From: a virus
Reading direction: 5' to 3' (one strand)
Virus record (IMG/VR): IMGVR_UViG_3300008120_000061
Coordinates: 1-64,000 of that record
DNA: 64,000 nt
The position numbers and the translations under genes were made by a program. This document shows positions 1 to 9,655 of the stretch, piece by piece; within the stretch, counting starts at the first letter, position 1, and the number at the start of each line of letters is the position of its first letter. Below the pieces are notes generated by a model. The model saw only the letters and a program-made list of their open reading frames with translations, had not been told where the DNA came from and did no database searches.

Positions 1-579
1 ACTTCTGTTGAAAGAATTGTTGAAGAATTTAAACAAATACATAAAAAGAACAAAGTAGTGGTATTTCAGCCTTATGGAAGTACTATGTCAATTTCCAACA
101 ATAGACCGTATGATATTTCTAATAGAAGTTTAGACGTTGACGACTATTTAAAGATCGGAAAGTTTTTAAACGATAAAGACTGTCTAATCTTCTTCTTTGG
201 TAACAGAGAACTCAAACATCCTGGAGATAACTTTAGTGCAGATCTAACTAACTTTAACCCTGAGCTAAGAATGTACATGTCGTTAATAAGTGAATGTGAT
301 TACTTTGTAGGATGCGACAGTGTAGGTCAGCATATGGCTAGAGCGTTTGACAAACCTGGCTCTATATTCATGGGTAGTACGTTTGAAAAGAATGTAAGTT
401 ATCCAGATCATTTTAAGTTTTTTAGAAAACAAGGGCAAACTCCAGTTTATAGTCCTATTCGTCTTGGTGGAGTAGAATCAGACTTTACAGATAGATTGAA
501 CGACGGGATCATGAACTTTTCTGCTAATGAAATCAACGAGTTTTGCCAGATAATACTTAAAGACATATATGATGAATAG
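1..579 (+). CDS. Glycosyltransferase, GT9/heptosyltransferase-like (GT-B C-terminal half; 5' partial)
   Basis: Frame open from base 1; VVFQPYGS and FVGCDSVGQHMARAFDKP match the GT9-type DS(G/V)xxHxAxA motif; upstream of hldD/hldC. Confidence 0.65.
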   Translation, partial: TSVERIVEEFKQIHKKNKVVVFQPYGSTMSISNNRPYDISNRSLDVDDYLKIGKFLNDKDCLIFFFGNRELKHPGDNFSADLTNFNPELRMYMSLISECDYFVGCDSVGQHMARAFDKPGSIFMGSTFEKNVSYPDHFKFFRKQGQTPVYSPIRLGGVESDFTDRLNDGIMNFSANEINEFCQIILKDIYDE

Positions 580-590
580 TGAGAAGATAA

Positions 591-1136
591 ATGACTAATA
601 CAAATTTTTCTGTAAATCGATCTGTAATTAATTATATACATGCAAGAGACTACTTTCCAAAAGATGAAGTAGAACAGCTTCGCCCACTTGTACAAGACGT
701 GCACTGGGTAGATAAAAAGTTTGGTAAAGAGATGGCACACTTCAATCTCATCTTTAACGATATTGATCTTGTAATCGGTAAGATGGTTGGCGATATAGTT
801 GAGATAGACAGACCCTCATCAGGAACTCTTCGTAGAACAATAAATGAAGTAATACACTTCGAAGATTTTGAAGACTTAAATGATTGGAGATTTGTTGTTT
901 CACTTGAAGAAAATGAATTTAAGACATATATACACAAAGATGGGTATAAAAGCGTTCTTGATTTTATTAAAGATGAACAGAGTCAAGATAAAGAGCTCGA
1001 TTATATCAATAAAGATGATTGGGAAGTAGAAACATCAATAAAAATGAAACCAAACGATGTTTTATTCTATCGTCCATGGATATTCCACTCATTTCAAGAT
1101 GGCATACTCCATTACTACAAGCTAAAAGTGTTGTGA
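591..1136 (+). CDS. Putative 2OG-Fe(II) oxygenase-like protein (DUF6445-like)
   Basis: IHFED (HxD/E-like) and C-terminal MKPNDVLFYRPWIFHS pattern of phage DSBH oxygenases. Confidence 0.45.
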   Translation: MTNTNFSVNRSVINYIHARDYFPKDEVEQLRPLVQDVHWVDKKFGKEMAHFNLIFNDIDLVIGKMVGDIVEIDRPSSGTLRRTINEVIHFEDFEDLNDWRFVVSLEENEFKTYIHKDGYKSVLDFIKDEQSQDKELDYINKDDWEVETSIKMKPNDVLFYRPWIFHSFQDGILHYYKLKVL

Positions 1137-1138
1137 AA

Positions 1139-1888
1139 ATGAAAATATTAGTTACTGGTGCAAGCGGGTTCATAGGTCAGAATTTAGTAAAAAAACTACC
1201 AACTGATTGGGATATAATTAAGTTTGATATTAAAGATTATCCAGATACTCGTCCAAAGCATTTAAGCTTTAACAATATCAATTGGGTCATACACTTAGGA
1301 GCGTTAAGTTCTACCACCGAAAAAGATGCTAAAAGAGTGATGGATTTAAATCTTGCGTGGTCTATAGAACTTGCAGAGGAATGTGAAAAACATAATGTAA
1401 ACCTACAATGGTCTTCATCCGCGTCTGTATATGGAAATAAATATAAATGTGCAGTTGATGAAAATAAAGCTGCACAACCTCTCAATCTATACGCTATGAG
1501 CAAATATTTTTTTGAAGAGTATATGAAACTAAAATCTTATGAATTTACATGGCAAGGATTTCGTTATTTCAACGTATATGGACCACATGAAGAACATAAG
1601 GGATCTCAGGCAAGTCCTTATACTCAATTTTCAAAACAAGCTAGTGAGACTGGTGTTATTCGAGTGTTCGAAGGCTCTGAGAATTATAAAAGAGACTTTG
1701 TGCATGTTGATTATGTAGTAGATACTCATGTTAAGATGATACAAAAAAAAGAAAGTGGAATTTTTAATTTAGGAACTGGGTCTACTCGTAGTTTTCTTGA
1801 TGTGGCTAAAGAAATTGCTACTATCCACAATGCTAGAATTGAGACGATACCGTTTCCTGAAATAATATATAGAACTAGGTTAAAATAG
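1139..1888 (+). CDS. hldD: ADP-L-glycero-D-manno-heptose 6-epimerase; C-terminus appears shortened
   Basis: TGASGFIG, SSSASVYG, PLNLYAMSK (YxxxK), FRYFNVYGPHEEHKGSQAS, FEGSENYKRDFVHV; start reassigned to ATG 1139 (or GTG 1133). Confidence 0.88.
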   Translation: MKILVTGASGFIGQNLVKKLPTDWDIIKFDIKDYPDTRPKHLSFNNINWVIHLGALSSTTEKDAKRVMDLNLAWSIELAEECEKHNVNLQWSSSASVYGNKYKCAVDENKAAQPLNLYAMSKYFFEEYMKLKSYEFTWQGFRYFNVYGPHEEHKGSQASPYTQFSKQASETGVIRVFEGSENYKRDFVHVDYVVDTHVKMIQKKESGIFNLGTGSTRSFLDVAKEIATIHNARIETIPFPEIIYRTRLK

Positions 1889-1951
1889 TCTGTAATTGAT
1901 GATTATCTATCAATATAGTAACTCATGTCCACTACTTTTTTAAAAATTATT

Positions 1952-1980
1952 TTGACTAAACAATATAAATTAGTTAAAAT
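1952..1980 (+). promoter_or_regulatory. Sigma70-type promoter
   Basis: TTGACT-17 nt-TAAAAT with A/T-rich upstream tract. Confidence 0.75.
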
Positions 1981-2015
1981 TATTATAAGGGTAAAGCACC
2001 CAGCGAGAGAATATA

Positions 2016-2432
2016 ATGACCAAAGTTTTTGTTAACGGCACTTTTGATATTATACATTCTGGTCATCTATACTTATTAAGCTACGCTAAAAGGTTAGGTG
2101 ACCATTTACTTGTAGCGCTAGATAGTGACGACAGAATTCGATCTAAAAAAGGCGATTCTCGACCTGTAAATAATGCAAATACTAGAATCCATATTATGTC
2201 TAGTTTTAAATTTGTTGATGGCGTTAACATGTTTAATAGCGACGATGAATTAGTTCGTATTATACAAAACTACTCTCCTGATATAATGGTGGTCGGATCT
2301 GATTGGCGCAATAAACCAGTTATAGGCAGTGAATACGCAAAACAGTTAATATTCTTTGATAGAATAGAAGATTTATCTACTACTAATACGTTAAATAAGT
2401 ACTTGAGTAGTATAAGAGAGAATAATATATGA
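2016..2432 (+). CDS. hldC: Heptose-1-phosphate nucleotidyltransferase (HldE domain II / HldC / RfaE2)
   Basis: NGTFDIIHSGH (HIGH motif), LVALDSD, KGDSRPVN, VVGSDW, C-terminal STT. Confidence 0.8.
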   Translation: MTKVFVNGTFDIIHSGHLYLLSYAKRLGDHLLVALDSDDRIRSKKGDSRPVNNANTRIHIMSSFKFVDGVNMFNSDDELVRIIQNYSPDIMVVGSDWRNKPVIGSEYAKQLIFFDRIEDLSTTNTLNKYLSSIRENNI

Positions 2433-5032
2433 GTAATACCTTTTCAACTCCTTCAGTAGTTACTACTATATCACAAAGTAGATTAGACTATAACGAGGCT
2501 TTGTTATCACTACTACAAAATTTTGCTAGTGCTGGACAGCCTTCTGGCGCAGAAATAAATTCTGATGGAACTACTGGACTGCGTACCGGTATGTTCTGGT
2601 ATAAAAGCGGAGCTGATACTGCTGACGGTCAAGGCCGTATGCTAGTATACAATGGTGCAGAATTTACTAGAAACGGTTTAGCAGTTTATAAAATGCCTAG
2701 TTTAGTTGCCGCTAATGCGGCAGCAGTAGCTACTAAAATTTCTTACGGCGAACTAGTATCTGTAGGTAGTGACGCACTGTATATGGTAAATGCTGCTAAT
2801 AACGGCGTATTTCAAGTTGGTGGAGATGCTATAACTCTTTCTGGTTTGACATCTGGTCAATTTGTTCGTACAGATACAAGCTCTACTATAACAGGCAATG
2901 TAACTTTTAGTGGGACTGGTTTTGTTAAACTGCCTCTAGGTAACGATTCTCAGCGACCTGGAACTCCTGCTCCTGGTATGCTTAGATTTAGTAATACTAG
3001 TGGGTCTTTTGAAGGTTATGACGGAACTGAGTGGGGTGAAATTGGCGGTGGCGGAGCATTTACAGATGACGGCACCTATGTGTTCTATACCGGCTCAGCT
3101 AACGTAGGTATAGGAGTTGCAGCACCGCAAGCTAATCTTCATATTAAAGGCACTGGAAATGTGCTAAGACTTGAAACTGGTACACTAACTGATGCTAATG
3201 GTGTAGCTATTAGATTTCAACAAAGTGATACTACTATTACAAATGGACAAGGTTATGGAGCTATTGAATGGTCTGGCGCCGATACAGGTAATGATGGAGT
3301 TCGTGGTTATATAAAAGGAGTTGCTGAAGGCGATACTGGCGAGTTTGCAGTTAGAATAGGTACTCAATCATCAGGTGCTAGTGCTCCAACCGATAGAATT
3401 ACTGTAGACAGTGCTGGCAGGGTAGGTATTGGTACAGTCTCACCAAACGTAACACTACAAGTAGCTGGTAACGTTCATTTATCTGGAGGTGATGCTACAA
3501 TATTCAATAGAAGCAATAATTATTTAGCTTTAGGAGCTAACAATATTGAGGCTATTAGAATACTTCCTAATACTAATATTGGCATAGGAGTTACAGCTCC
3601 GACTGCCAATCTTCATATTGCCGGTACAGGTTCTGTACTTAAGTTACAAACTGCCACAGCTACTGATAGCACTGGAGTTAGTTTACAGTTAGTTCAAACT
3701 GACACTACTATAATTTCTGGTCAAGGATATGGTGGAGTTGAATGGTTTGGTCTTGACGCATCTGGTACTGGAGTGCGCGGTTATGTAAAAGGCTTTGCAG
3801 AAGGCGATAGCGGAGAGTTTGGTATTAGGATTGCTACACAAGCTACTGGTATTAGTTCTCCTGTAGATCGAGTTTATGTATCTAATACAGGTAGCGTTGG
3901 TATAGGAGTTGCTGCTCCAACGTCTACACTAGATGTAAATGGCGCTGTTACTGCCTTGTTATATTCTGGAGATGGTGGAGGTTTAAGCAATCTAGTAAAT
4001 GCTTATGCTAATGACGGAGTTACGCTAGCAACTGCACGCGGTAATGACCATGCAACGCTACTTAGTGCTCAGTCTAATGACTATGCTACTTATCTTACTC
4101 TTTCAGCTAACGATGGAGTTACGATAGCAACTGCACGAGGAAACGACCATACCACACTTCTTAGTGCTCAGTCTAATGACTTTGCTACCTTTAACTTTGC
4201 TAGATCTAATGACTACGCTACTTTGCTTAGCGCTCAAAGCAATGACGGAGCTACCTTACTTACAGCTCGTTCTAATGATTGGGCTACGCTACTATCAGCT
4301 CAAAGCAATGATGGAGCTACACTACTAACAGCACGCTCTAACGACTGGGCTACCTATACCACATTAGCTGCTAACGATTATAACACTTTATTAAGTGCAT
4401 ACAGCAATGATTTAGTTACTCTAAATTCAGCTCGTGCTAACGATTTAGTTACTTTTAACTCAGCTCGTGCTAATGACTATAGTACATATACCACTTTAGT
4501 AACTACTATAAATGATTTAGATGCTAGATTCTTGCGTAGTAATGCAGCGGCTATTAAAGCTACTGGTGATCTAAAACTAAATGATAACATTCAGCTTAAT
4601 ATAGGTACTGATAACGACGTTGAACATTATTTTAATGGAACTGATTATTATACTGATATTAATGTAGGAGCTAATTGGTTCTTAAGAGATGGTGATAGCG
4701 CTAATGCTACACGATTTACTTTTGATATAGATACCGGTAACTTTACTGCTACAGGGGATGTAGCAGCATTCTCAGATGCTAGACTAAAATCAAATATACA
4801 CACATATCAAAACGCTTTAGCTACTGTACAACAACTACGAGGAGTTAGGTATGAAAGAAATAACAAATTTAATATTGGTGTTATAGCTCAAGAAGTTCAG
4901 GCTATCCTACCTGAAGTAGTTAATACTGATAATGAATACTTAGCTGTAGCCTATGGAAATATCATTGCAGTATTAATTGAAGCAATAAAAGAACTAAGCT
5001 TAAAGATTGAAAAGTTAGAAAAAGGTAAGTAA
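2429..5032 (+). CDS. Tail fibre with C-terminal peptidase S74 intramolecular chaperone
   Basis: GMLRFSN..FEGYDG..W, VGIG...P repeats, AFSDARLKSNI cleavage motif, GVIAQEV, terminal coiled coil. Confidence 0.85.
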   Translation: MSNTFSTPSVVTTISQSRLDYNEALLSLLQNFASAGQPSGAEINSDGTTGLRTGMFWYKSGADTADGQGRMLVYNGAEFTRNGLAVYKMPSLVAANAAAVATKISYGELVSVGSDALYMVNAANNGVFQVGGDAITLSGLTSGQFVRTDTSSTITGNVTFSGTGFVKLPLGNDSQRPGTPAPGMLRFSNTSGSFEGYDGTEWGEIGGGGAFTDDGTYVFYTGSANVGIGVAAPQANLHIKGTGNVLRLETGTLTDANGVAIRFQQSDTTITNGQGYGAIEWSGADTGNDGVRGYIKGVAEGDTGEFAVRIGTQSSGASAPTDRITVDSAGRVGIGTVSPNVTLQVAGNVHLSGGDATIFNRSNNYLALGANNIEAIRILPNTNIGIGVTAPTANLHIAGTGSVLKLQTATATDSTGVSLQLVQTDTTIISGQGYGGVEWFGLDASGTGVRGYVKGFAEGDSGEFGIRIATQATGISSPVDRVYVSNTGSVGIGVAAPTSTLDVNGAVTALLYSGDGGGLSNLVNAYANDGVTLATARGNDHATLLSAQSNDYATYLTLSANDGVTIATARGNDHTTLLSAQSNDFATFNFARSNDYATLLSAQSNDGATLLTARSNDWATLLSAQSNDGATLLTARSNDWATYTTLAANDYNTLLSAYSNDLVTLNSARANDLVTFNSARANDYSTYTTLVTTINDLDARFLRSNAAAIKATGDLKLNDNIQLNIGTDNDVEHYFNGTDYYTDINVGANWFLRDGDSANATRFTFDIDTGNFTATGDVAAFSDARLKSNIHTYQNALATVQQLRGVRYERNNKFNIGVIAQEVQAILPEVVNTDNEYLAVAYGNIIAVLIEAIKELSLKIEKLEKGK
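4007..4501 (+). repeat. 15 tandem 33-nt (11-aa) repeats, [SAG]NDxxTxxxxx
   Basis: ANDGVTLATAR/GNDHATLLSAQ/SNDYATYLTLS ... ANDYSTYTTLV, counted in the translation. Confidence 0.9.
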
Positions 5033-5034
5033 TA

Positions 5035-6633
5035 ATGGTTTTACAAGCAAGCGGGCTAATAAGCTTATCAAATATAAAATCAGAATTTAATGGTATAGAC
5101 CCTGTAGAGCTTAGCGATTACTATAGAGGAGGCGTATATGTACCAGATCTTCCTTTGAATGCTAACGTACCTACGAGTGGCACTATTAACGTACGAAATT
5201 TTTATGGATCTACACTATCTACATTCAATATTAGTCCTAATGTTAGCACCGTAAACGAAGGGGAAACTGTAAGATTTAATGTAACTAGCACTAATTTTTC
5301 TGGCACGCTATACTGGTCTATATTGGGCGGCGTTACAAATTCGGATTTTAGTAGTCCAGCAAGTGCTGTAACCTCTGGTGGAACTCTAACTATTTCTGAA
5401 AATTCAGGACTGCTAGATCTTACTACTAGCTCTGATAGAACTACAGAAGGTTCCGAATCTTTCTCTGTGCGTTTAAAAGCTCTTTCTACATCCGGCCCAG
5501 TAGTAACTCAATCTTCCAACGTATTTATAAACGATACTAGCTTAAATCCGTTCTATGTAACTCTGGCAACAAGCCAATCACCTATAATAGGTCCAAATAG
5601 TGTTAACTTTACACTTATTGGTAATAGTATTCCAAACGGTAGAACTGTTGGATATACTATAACTGGAATACGAATTCCTAATGATACTAATGCAGCATCA
5701 TTGTCAGGTACATTTACTATGTCTAGTAATACAGCTACAGTATCTCTGCCTTTAAATAGTATTATGGGAGAACTGTTTGTAGTAGATATTAACCCGTTGG
5801 CAGATGTTCAATCATATGATGCTAATATTAGTTTACAGACTACTAGAATACCAAGAAGACAACAGTTTCAGAATATATCAAATAGCCAGTTCGTATATAT
5901 GTTTTGGAAACCAGATGGTACTAGCTTATTCTTAGCTAACACTCTTAAAGATAGCGTTGATCAGTATAACCTGTCAAGACCTTTCGATACAACAAGCGCT
6001 ACTATAACTACAGCTAATGCTAAAGCTTTACCCAGTGCTATTACTGCTCCGTTAGGTATGTATATATCTAGCGGCGGTACTAATCTACTTATTATGGATT
6101 CTGTAGATAAACGAATATATAGAATGTCCATAGGCACTGCATGGAATATAAGCACACTTAGTGCTACTACCTTTGCATCTCCTGTACTTCCTTTAGTTAC
6201 CTATAGAGGCTTAGAGTTAAGCGCTAATGGTATTCTTTATTTTGTTTGTGCAGTATCTACTGGAAGTGTTAATGTATTTAAAGGTACTACAGCGTTTAGA
6301 CCAGATACTATGAGTACTACTCTTATAGAAGACTTTAACCCTCCTGAACCCAGTACACCCACTAGCATAAGATTCAATAGCACAGGTACAGCAATGTATT
6401 TAGCTGATCAAAGTCCTAATGTAAGTTTTTATACTTTAAGTACTCCTTATACCTTAAGTACTGCTACTCTTGTACACACCCAGAGCTTTAGTGCCTTTGC
6501 AGGTGGCTTACAAATTTCAGACGTATATTGGAATAACGTAATATCTAGAACTGCAACGATTACTACAGCCCTTTCAGATTCTGGTGGTACTAGTACTGGA
6601 CCTAAGAGCAATTCTGTCGTTATTACAATATAA
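5035..6633 (+). CDS. Putative fibre-tip adhesin / receptor-binding protein (fibre-docking N-terminus, Calx-beta-like domain, probable beta-propeller)
   Basis: SGLISLSNIKSEF..LSDYYRGG..PTSGTINVRNFYG; VNEGETVRF..TTEGSESF; WKPDGTSLF and FNSTGTAMY blade-like repeats; follows the S74 fibre. Confidence 0.6.
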   Translation: MVLQASGLISLSNIKSEFNGIDPVELSDYYRGGVYVPDLPLNANVPTSGTINVRNFYGSTLSTFNISPNVSTVNEGETVRFNVTSTNFSGTLYWSILGGVTNSDFSSPASAVTSGGTLTISENSGLLDLTTSSDRTTEGSESFSVRLKALSTSGPVVTQSSNVFINDTSLNPFYVTLATSQSPIIGPNSVNFTLIGNSIPNGRTVGYTITGIRIPNDTNAASLSGTFTMSSNTATVSLPLNSIMGELFVVDINPLADVQSYDANISLQTTRIPRRQQFQNISNSQFVYMFWKPDGTSLFLANTLKDSVDQYNLSRPFDTTSATITTANAKALPSAITAPLGMYISSGGTNLLIMDSVDKRIYRMSIGTAWNISTLSATTFASPVLPLVTYRGLELSANGILYFVCAVSTGSVNVFKGTTAFRPDTMSTTLIEDFNPPEPSTPTSIRFNSTGTAMYLADQSPNVSFYTLSTPYTLSTATLVHTQSFSAFAGGLQISDVYWNNVISRTATITTALSDSGGTSTGPKSNSVVITI

Positions 6634-6642
6634 AGGAATACA

Positions 6643-7926
6643 ATGACTAACAATTATTTTAAGGTACCAGTAGACAAACTAGTATCACGACTACCCGATA
6701 AGTACGGATTTAAAGAGCTTAACATTAGCCAACAAGCTATGATGGATGGTCTTTCAACTAAACGAAACTGGGTTCATATATCAGCTCGTCGTACTGGTAA
6801 GTCTAGTGGTGCTGCTGTGCTAGCGCTAGCAAAACTGCTAGAGCCTAACCAGCAAGTAATTGTTGTTGCGCCTGACTTTAACCTTAGCTCTATTATTTGG
6901 GATTTTACTACCGAATTGATTGAAGCGTTTAATATTGAAACAAAGCGTTTCAATCTAAAAGATCGTGTTGTAAAACTTGTAAATGATAGCACTCTAAGAC
7001 TGCTGTCAGCTAATAATAGAAGCTCACTAGTTGGTCGTGCTGCTAACTTACTAATTGTAGACGAAGCTGCACTTATTCCAGACGATGAATATTTTACTAG
7101 AGATCTTCGCCCTGCGCTATCAACCTTCCCAGATTCTCGTGCACTATTTATTTCTACTCCTCGAGGTAAGGAAAACTATCTATATAACTACTATTTACGC
7201 GGTCAAGATGAAAGCTTTCCTGAATGGGGTAGCGGACTATTTCCTTGGCACGCTAATCCTAGACTTACACAAGAAGATATTGAGCAGGCTAGACGAGCTA
7301 TTCCTGAATCGCTATTCAGACAAGAATATTATTGCGAATGGGCTACTTTTGAAGGTCAGATTTATAAACTAGACGAAAATGACCATCTAAAAGATCTTAC
7401 TAGTGAATCAGCTGCTTTCAAAATTACTCCAGGTGATTCTCGATTTACATTTATAGCAGGTCTTGACATGGGGTATAGAGACGCTACAGCCTTTGTAGTA
7501 TTAGCTACTGATGGCAGTACATGGTTTGTTGTAGATGAATATATTGCTGAAGAGGGCACTACTAGTCAACATGCGGAAGTAATTAAGTCTATGGTTGAGT
7601 TATGGGATATCGAAAATATATTTATTGACTCTGCTGCCCAACAAACTAAAGCAGATTTAGTATACGATTATGATATTGCTTGTGAAAATGCTATTAAAAG
7701 TGTTAATGACGGTATAGCTCATGTGCAAAGTCTTATTGAACAAGATAAAATTATATTTGATATTGGTAATGCCTCTCACACCTTTAAAAGTATGACAGCT
7801 TATCGCTGGAATTCTAGAACTGAAAAGTCAAAACCTGTTCACGATTGGACTTCTCACTGCTGTGATGCTGTGCGCTATGCTATATATACATACACTAAAA
7901 ATAGTGCTATTAGTATCTATGCCTAG
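6643..7926 (+). CDS. terL: Terminase large subunit (T5-like)
   Basis: Walker A SARRTGKS, Walker B LLIVDEAA, ISTPRG, GLDMG, HCCDAVRY. Confidence 0.95.
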   Translation: MTNNYFKVPVDKLVSRLPDKYGFKELNISQQAMMDGLSTKRNWVHISARRTGKSSGAAVLALAKLLEPNQQVIVVAPDFNLSSIIWDFTTELIEAFNIETKRFNLKDRVVKLVNDSTLRLLSANNRSSLVGRAANLLIVDEAALIPDDEYFTRDLRPALSTFPDSRALFISTPRGKENYLYNYYLRGQDESFPEWGSGLFPWHANPRLTQEDIEQARRAIPESLFRQEYYCEWATFEGQIYKLDENDHLKDLTSESAAFKITPGDSRFTFIAGLDMGYRDATAFVVLATDGSTWFVVDEYIAEEGTTSQHAEVIKSMVELWDIENIFIDSAAQQTKADLVYDYDIACENAIKSVNDGIAHVQSLIEQDKIIFDIGNASHTFKSMTAYRWNSRTEKSKPVHDWTSHCCDAVRYAIYTYTKNSAISIYA

Positions 7927-7955
7927 GTATTAACATATTTCAAAAATAAAATATT

Positions 7956-7984
7956 TTGACTATTCCGAACATTAGACTTATAAT
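7956..7984 (+). promoter_or_regulatory. Sigma70-type promoter for the head operon
   Basis: TTGACT-17 nt-TATAAT, A-rich upstream. Confidence 0.85.
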
Positions 7985-8013
7985 AAATTAAGAAAATTAA
8001 AAGTGATACTCTT

Positions 8014-8394
8014 ATGTCAGATTTGAAACGTCTTCCCGTTAAATACTTACGAGACTACATAAAAAAAGATTATAAAATACGTGATAAATGTTTTATATGC
8101 GGTTCTGTTTCTGACTTAGAACTCCACCACCTATACAGTGTTAGTGAATTGTTCGAGAGATGGTGTATAAAAAATAAAGTAAAGTCTGTTGACTCTATAG
8201 ATACTATGCTAACTTTGCGAGTTTCTTTTGCCGAAGATTGTAAGGAAGAATTAAGTAGCGAAAATCTGTATACACTATGTACGTCACATCATAAACGATT
8301 ACATTTTTTATTTGGTAAAAGCTATTCTAATTATACTGCTCTTAAAGTAAAAGATTGGCTTATCAAACAAAAAGATACTATGGAGATACAGTAA
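8014..8394 (+). CDS. HNH endonuclease, T5-type nicking/packaging nuclease
   Basis: CFICG..LELHH..LCTSHHKRLH; lies between terL and portal as in T5. Confidence 0.8.
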   Translation: MSDLKRLPVKYLRDYIKKDYKIRDKCFICGSVSDLELHHLYSVSELFERWCIKNKVKSVDSIDTMLTLRVSFAEDCKEELSSENLYTLCTSHHKRLHFLFGKSYSNYTALKVKDWLIKQKDTMEIQ

Positions 8395-9642
8395 ATGGCA
8401 AGAGGCCCACTAGGTTGGATTGTAGAAAAGTTAAATCCTGTTCAGCCCTACATACAAAGTAGACAACCTTTTGCTATGCCTGAGTCTAATGTAGACTTTA
8501 GAGCTGCATACGATCAAATAGAAGTAGTACACCGCGCAGTAGACATGGTTGTTAGTGCATGTGTGGAAATACCTTTTGATATTGCAGGCGAAGGTCCGAT
8601 TAAAAAAATAAGCAAGCTACTTAACGACAGACCTAATCCTTTTGAAGATAGAGTTAAGCTGCTAAGAAGAGCATATTTTGATTTACTAATGGACGGTAAT
8701 GCTTTCTTTTACTATGATGGCACACACATATATGTTCTTCCAGCTAACGATGTTCAAGTTGTATCAGATCCAAAAACTTTTATTAAAGGATATACATTCT
8801 TAATTCATGGCGGTGGTTTATCATCTTATAATTCTGGGCGACAGTCAAAAGAGACTGTGATAGAATTTGGCGCTAACGAAATAATTCACATCAAAGAAGA
8901 TAACGACGAAAGTATTTTTAGAGGCAAATCTAGAATAAAAAGCATAGGAAATATAATTAATATTTATAATGCTTTGTTAAAGTTTCAACGTCAATTCTTT
9001 AAGAATAACGCAGTACCTGGAGTGGTATTAACCACAGAAGCTGTTTTAAATACTAAAATAAAAGAAAGACTACTTCAAAGCTGGAGAAATTCTTACGCTA
9101 CTATATTTGAAGGCGCTAGAAGTCCAGCTATTTTAGATGGCGGTCTTAAAATAGATAAGTTTAGCGAAATAAACTTTCAAAGTTTAGATTTCGAAGCAAG
9201 CATAGAAAGACTTGAGCAAGATATGGCCAAAGCAATTGGCGTACCTTATGTGTTAATGAAGAGTGGTAATAACGCCAACATAGCCGCTAATCAAGTTTTA
9301 TTTTATGAGCATACCGTACTTCCTATAGTACTTATGTTTGCCAGTGCTTTTGCACACTACTTTAACTCTGTTAGAATAAATCCAGATAGAACTGTAATCA
9401 CTGCTTTACAACCAGACTTGAGAACTCAAAGTCAATATTATGTAAGTTTAGTTAATGCAGGTATTATATCAGCTGATGAAGCAAGATTAAAGCTTGGGTT
9501 TAGTACTTTAAACACACCAGAAACTTCTAATATCAGAGTACCACAAAACATAACTGGAAGCGCTGTTCAACCTGATACAGGCGGTAGACCTACTAATGAA
9601 GAAGTAGATACACTACCTGAAGACAGTGTTTCTATTAACTAA
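8395..9642 (+). CDS. Portal protein (HK97 family)
   Basis: PNPFE, LLMDGNAF, EIIHIK, FFKNNAVPG, AIGVP, GIISADEARLKLG. Confidence 0.95.
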   Translation: MARGPLGWIVEKLNPVQPYIQSRQPFAMPESNVDFRAAYDQIEVVHRAVDMVVSACVEIPFDIAGEGPIKKISKLLNDRPNPFEDRVKLLRRAYFDLLMDGNAFFYYDGTHIYVLPANDVQVVSDPKTFIKGYTFLIHGGGLSSYNSGRQSKETVIEFGANEIIHIKEDNDESIFRGKSRIKSIGNIINIYNALLKFQRQFFKNNAVPGVVLTTEAVLNTKIKERLLQSWRNSYATIFEGARSPAILDGGLKIDKFSEINFQSLDFEASIERLEQDMAKAIGVPYVLMKSGNNANIAANQVLFYEHTVLPIVLMFASAFAHYFNSVRINPDRTVITALQPDLRTQSQYYVSLVNAGIISADEARLKLGFSTLNTPETSNIRVPQNITGSAVQPDTGGRPTNEEVDTLPEDSVSIN

Positions 9643-9655
9643 GGAGCAAGCAAAT

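Noticed and set aside
1019-1138. Longer listed starts (1019, 9626, 15780, 32310, 32644, 35830, 61342)
   Set aside because: They overlap upstream genes or promoters; downstream starts have better SD or homology
1886-1921. TAG recoding suggested by the in-frame extension after the hldD stop
   Set aside because: Read-through would not restore the missing motif; long genes are uninterrupted under code 11 and terL ends normally at TAG
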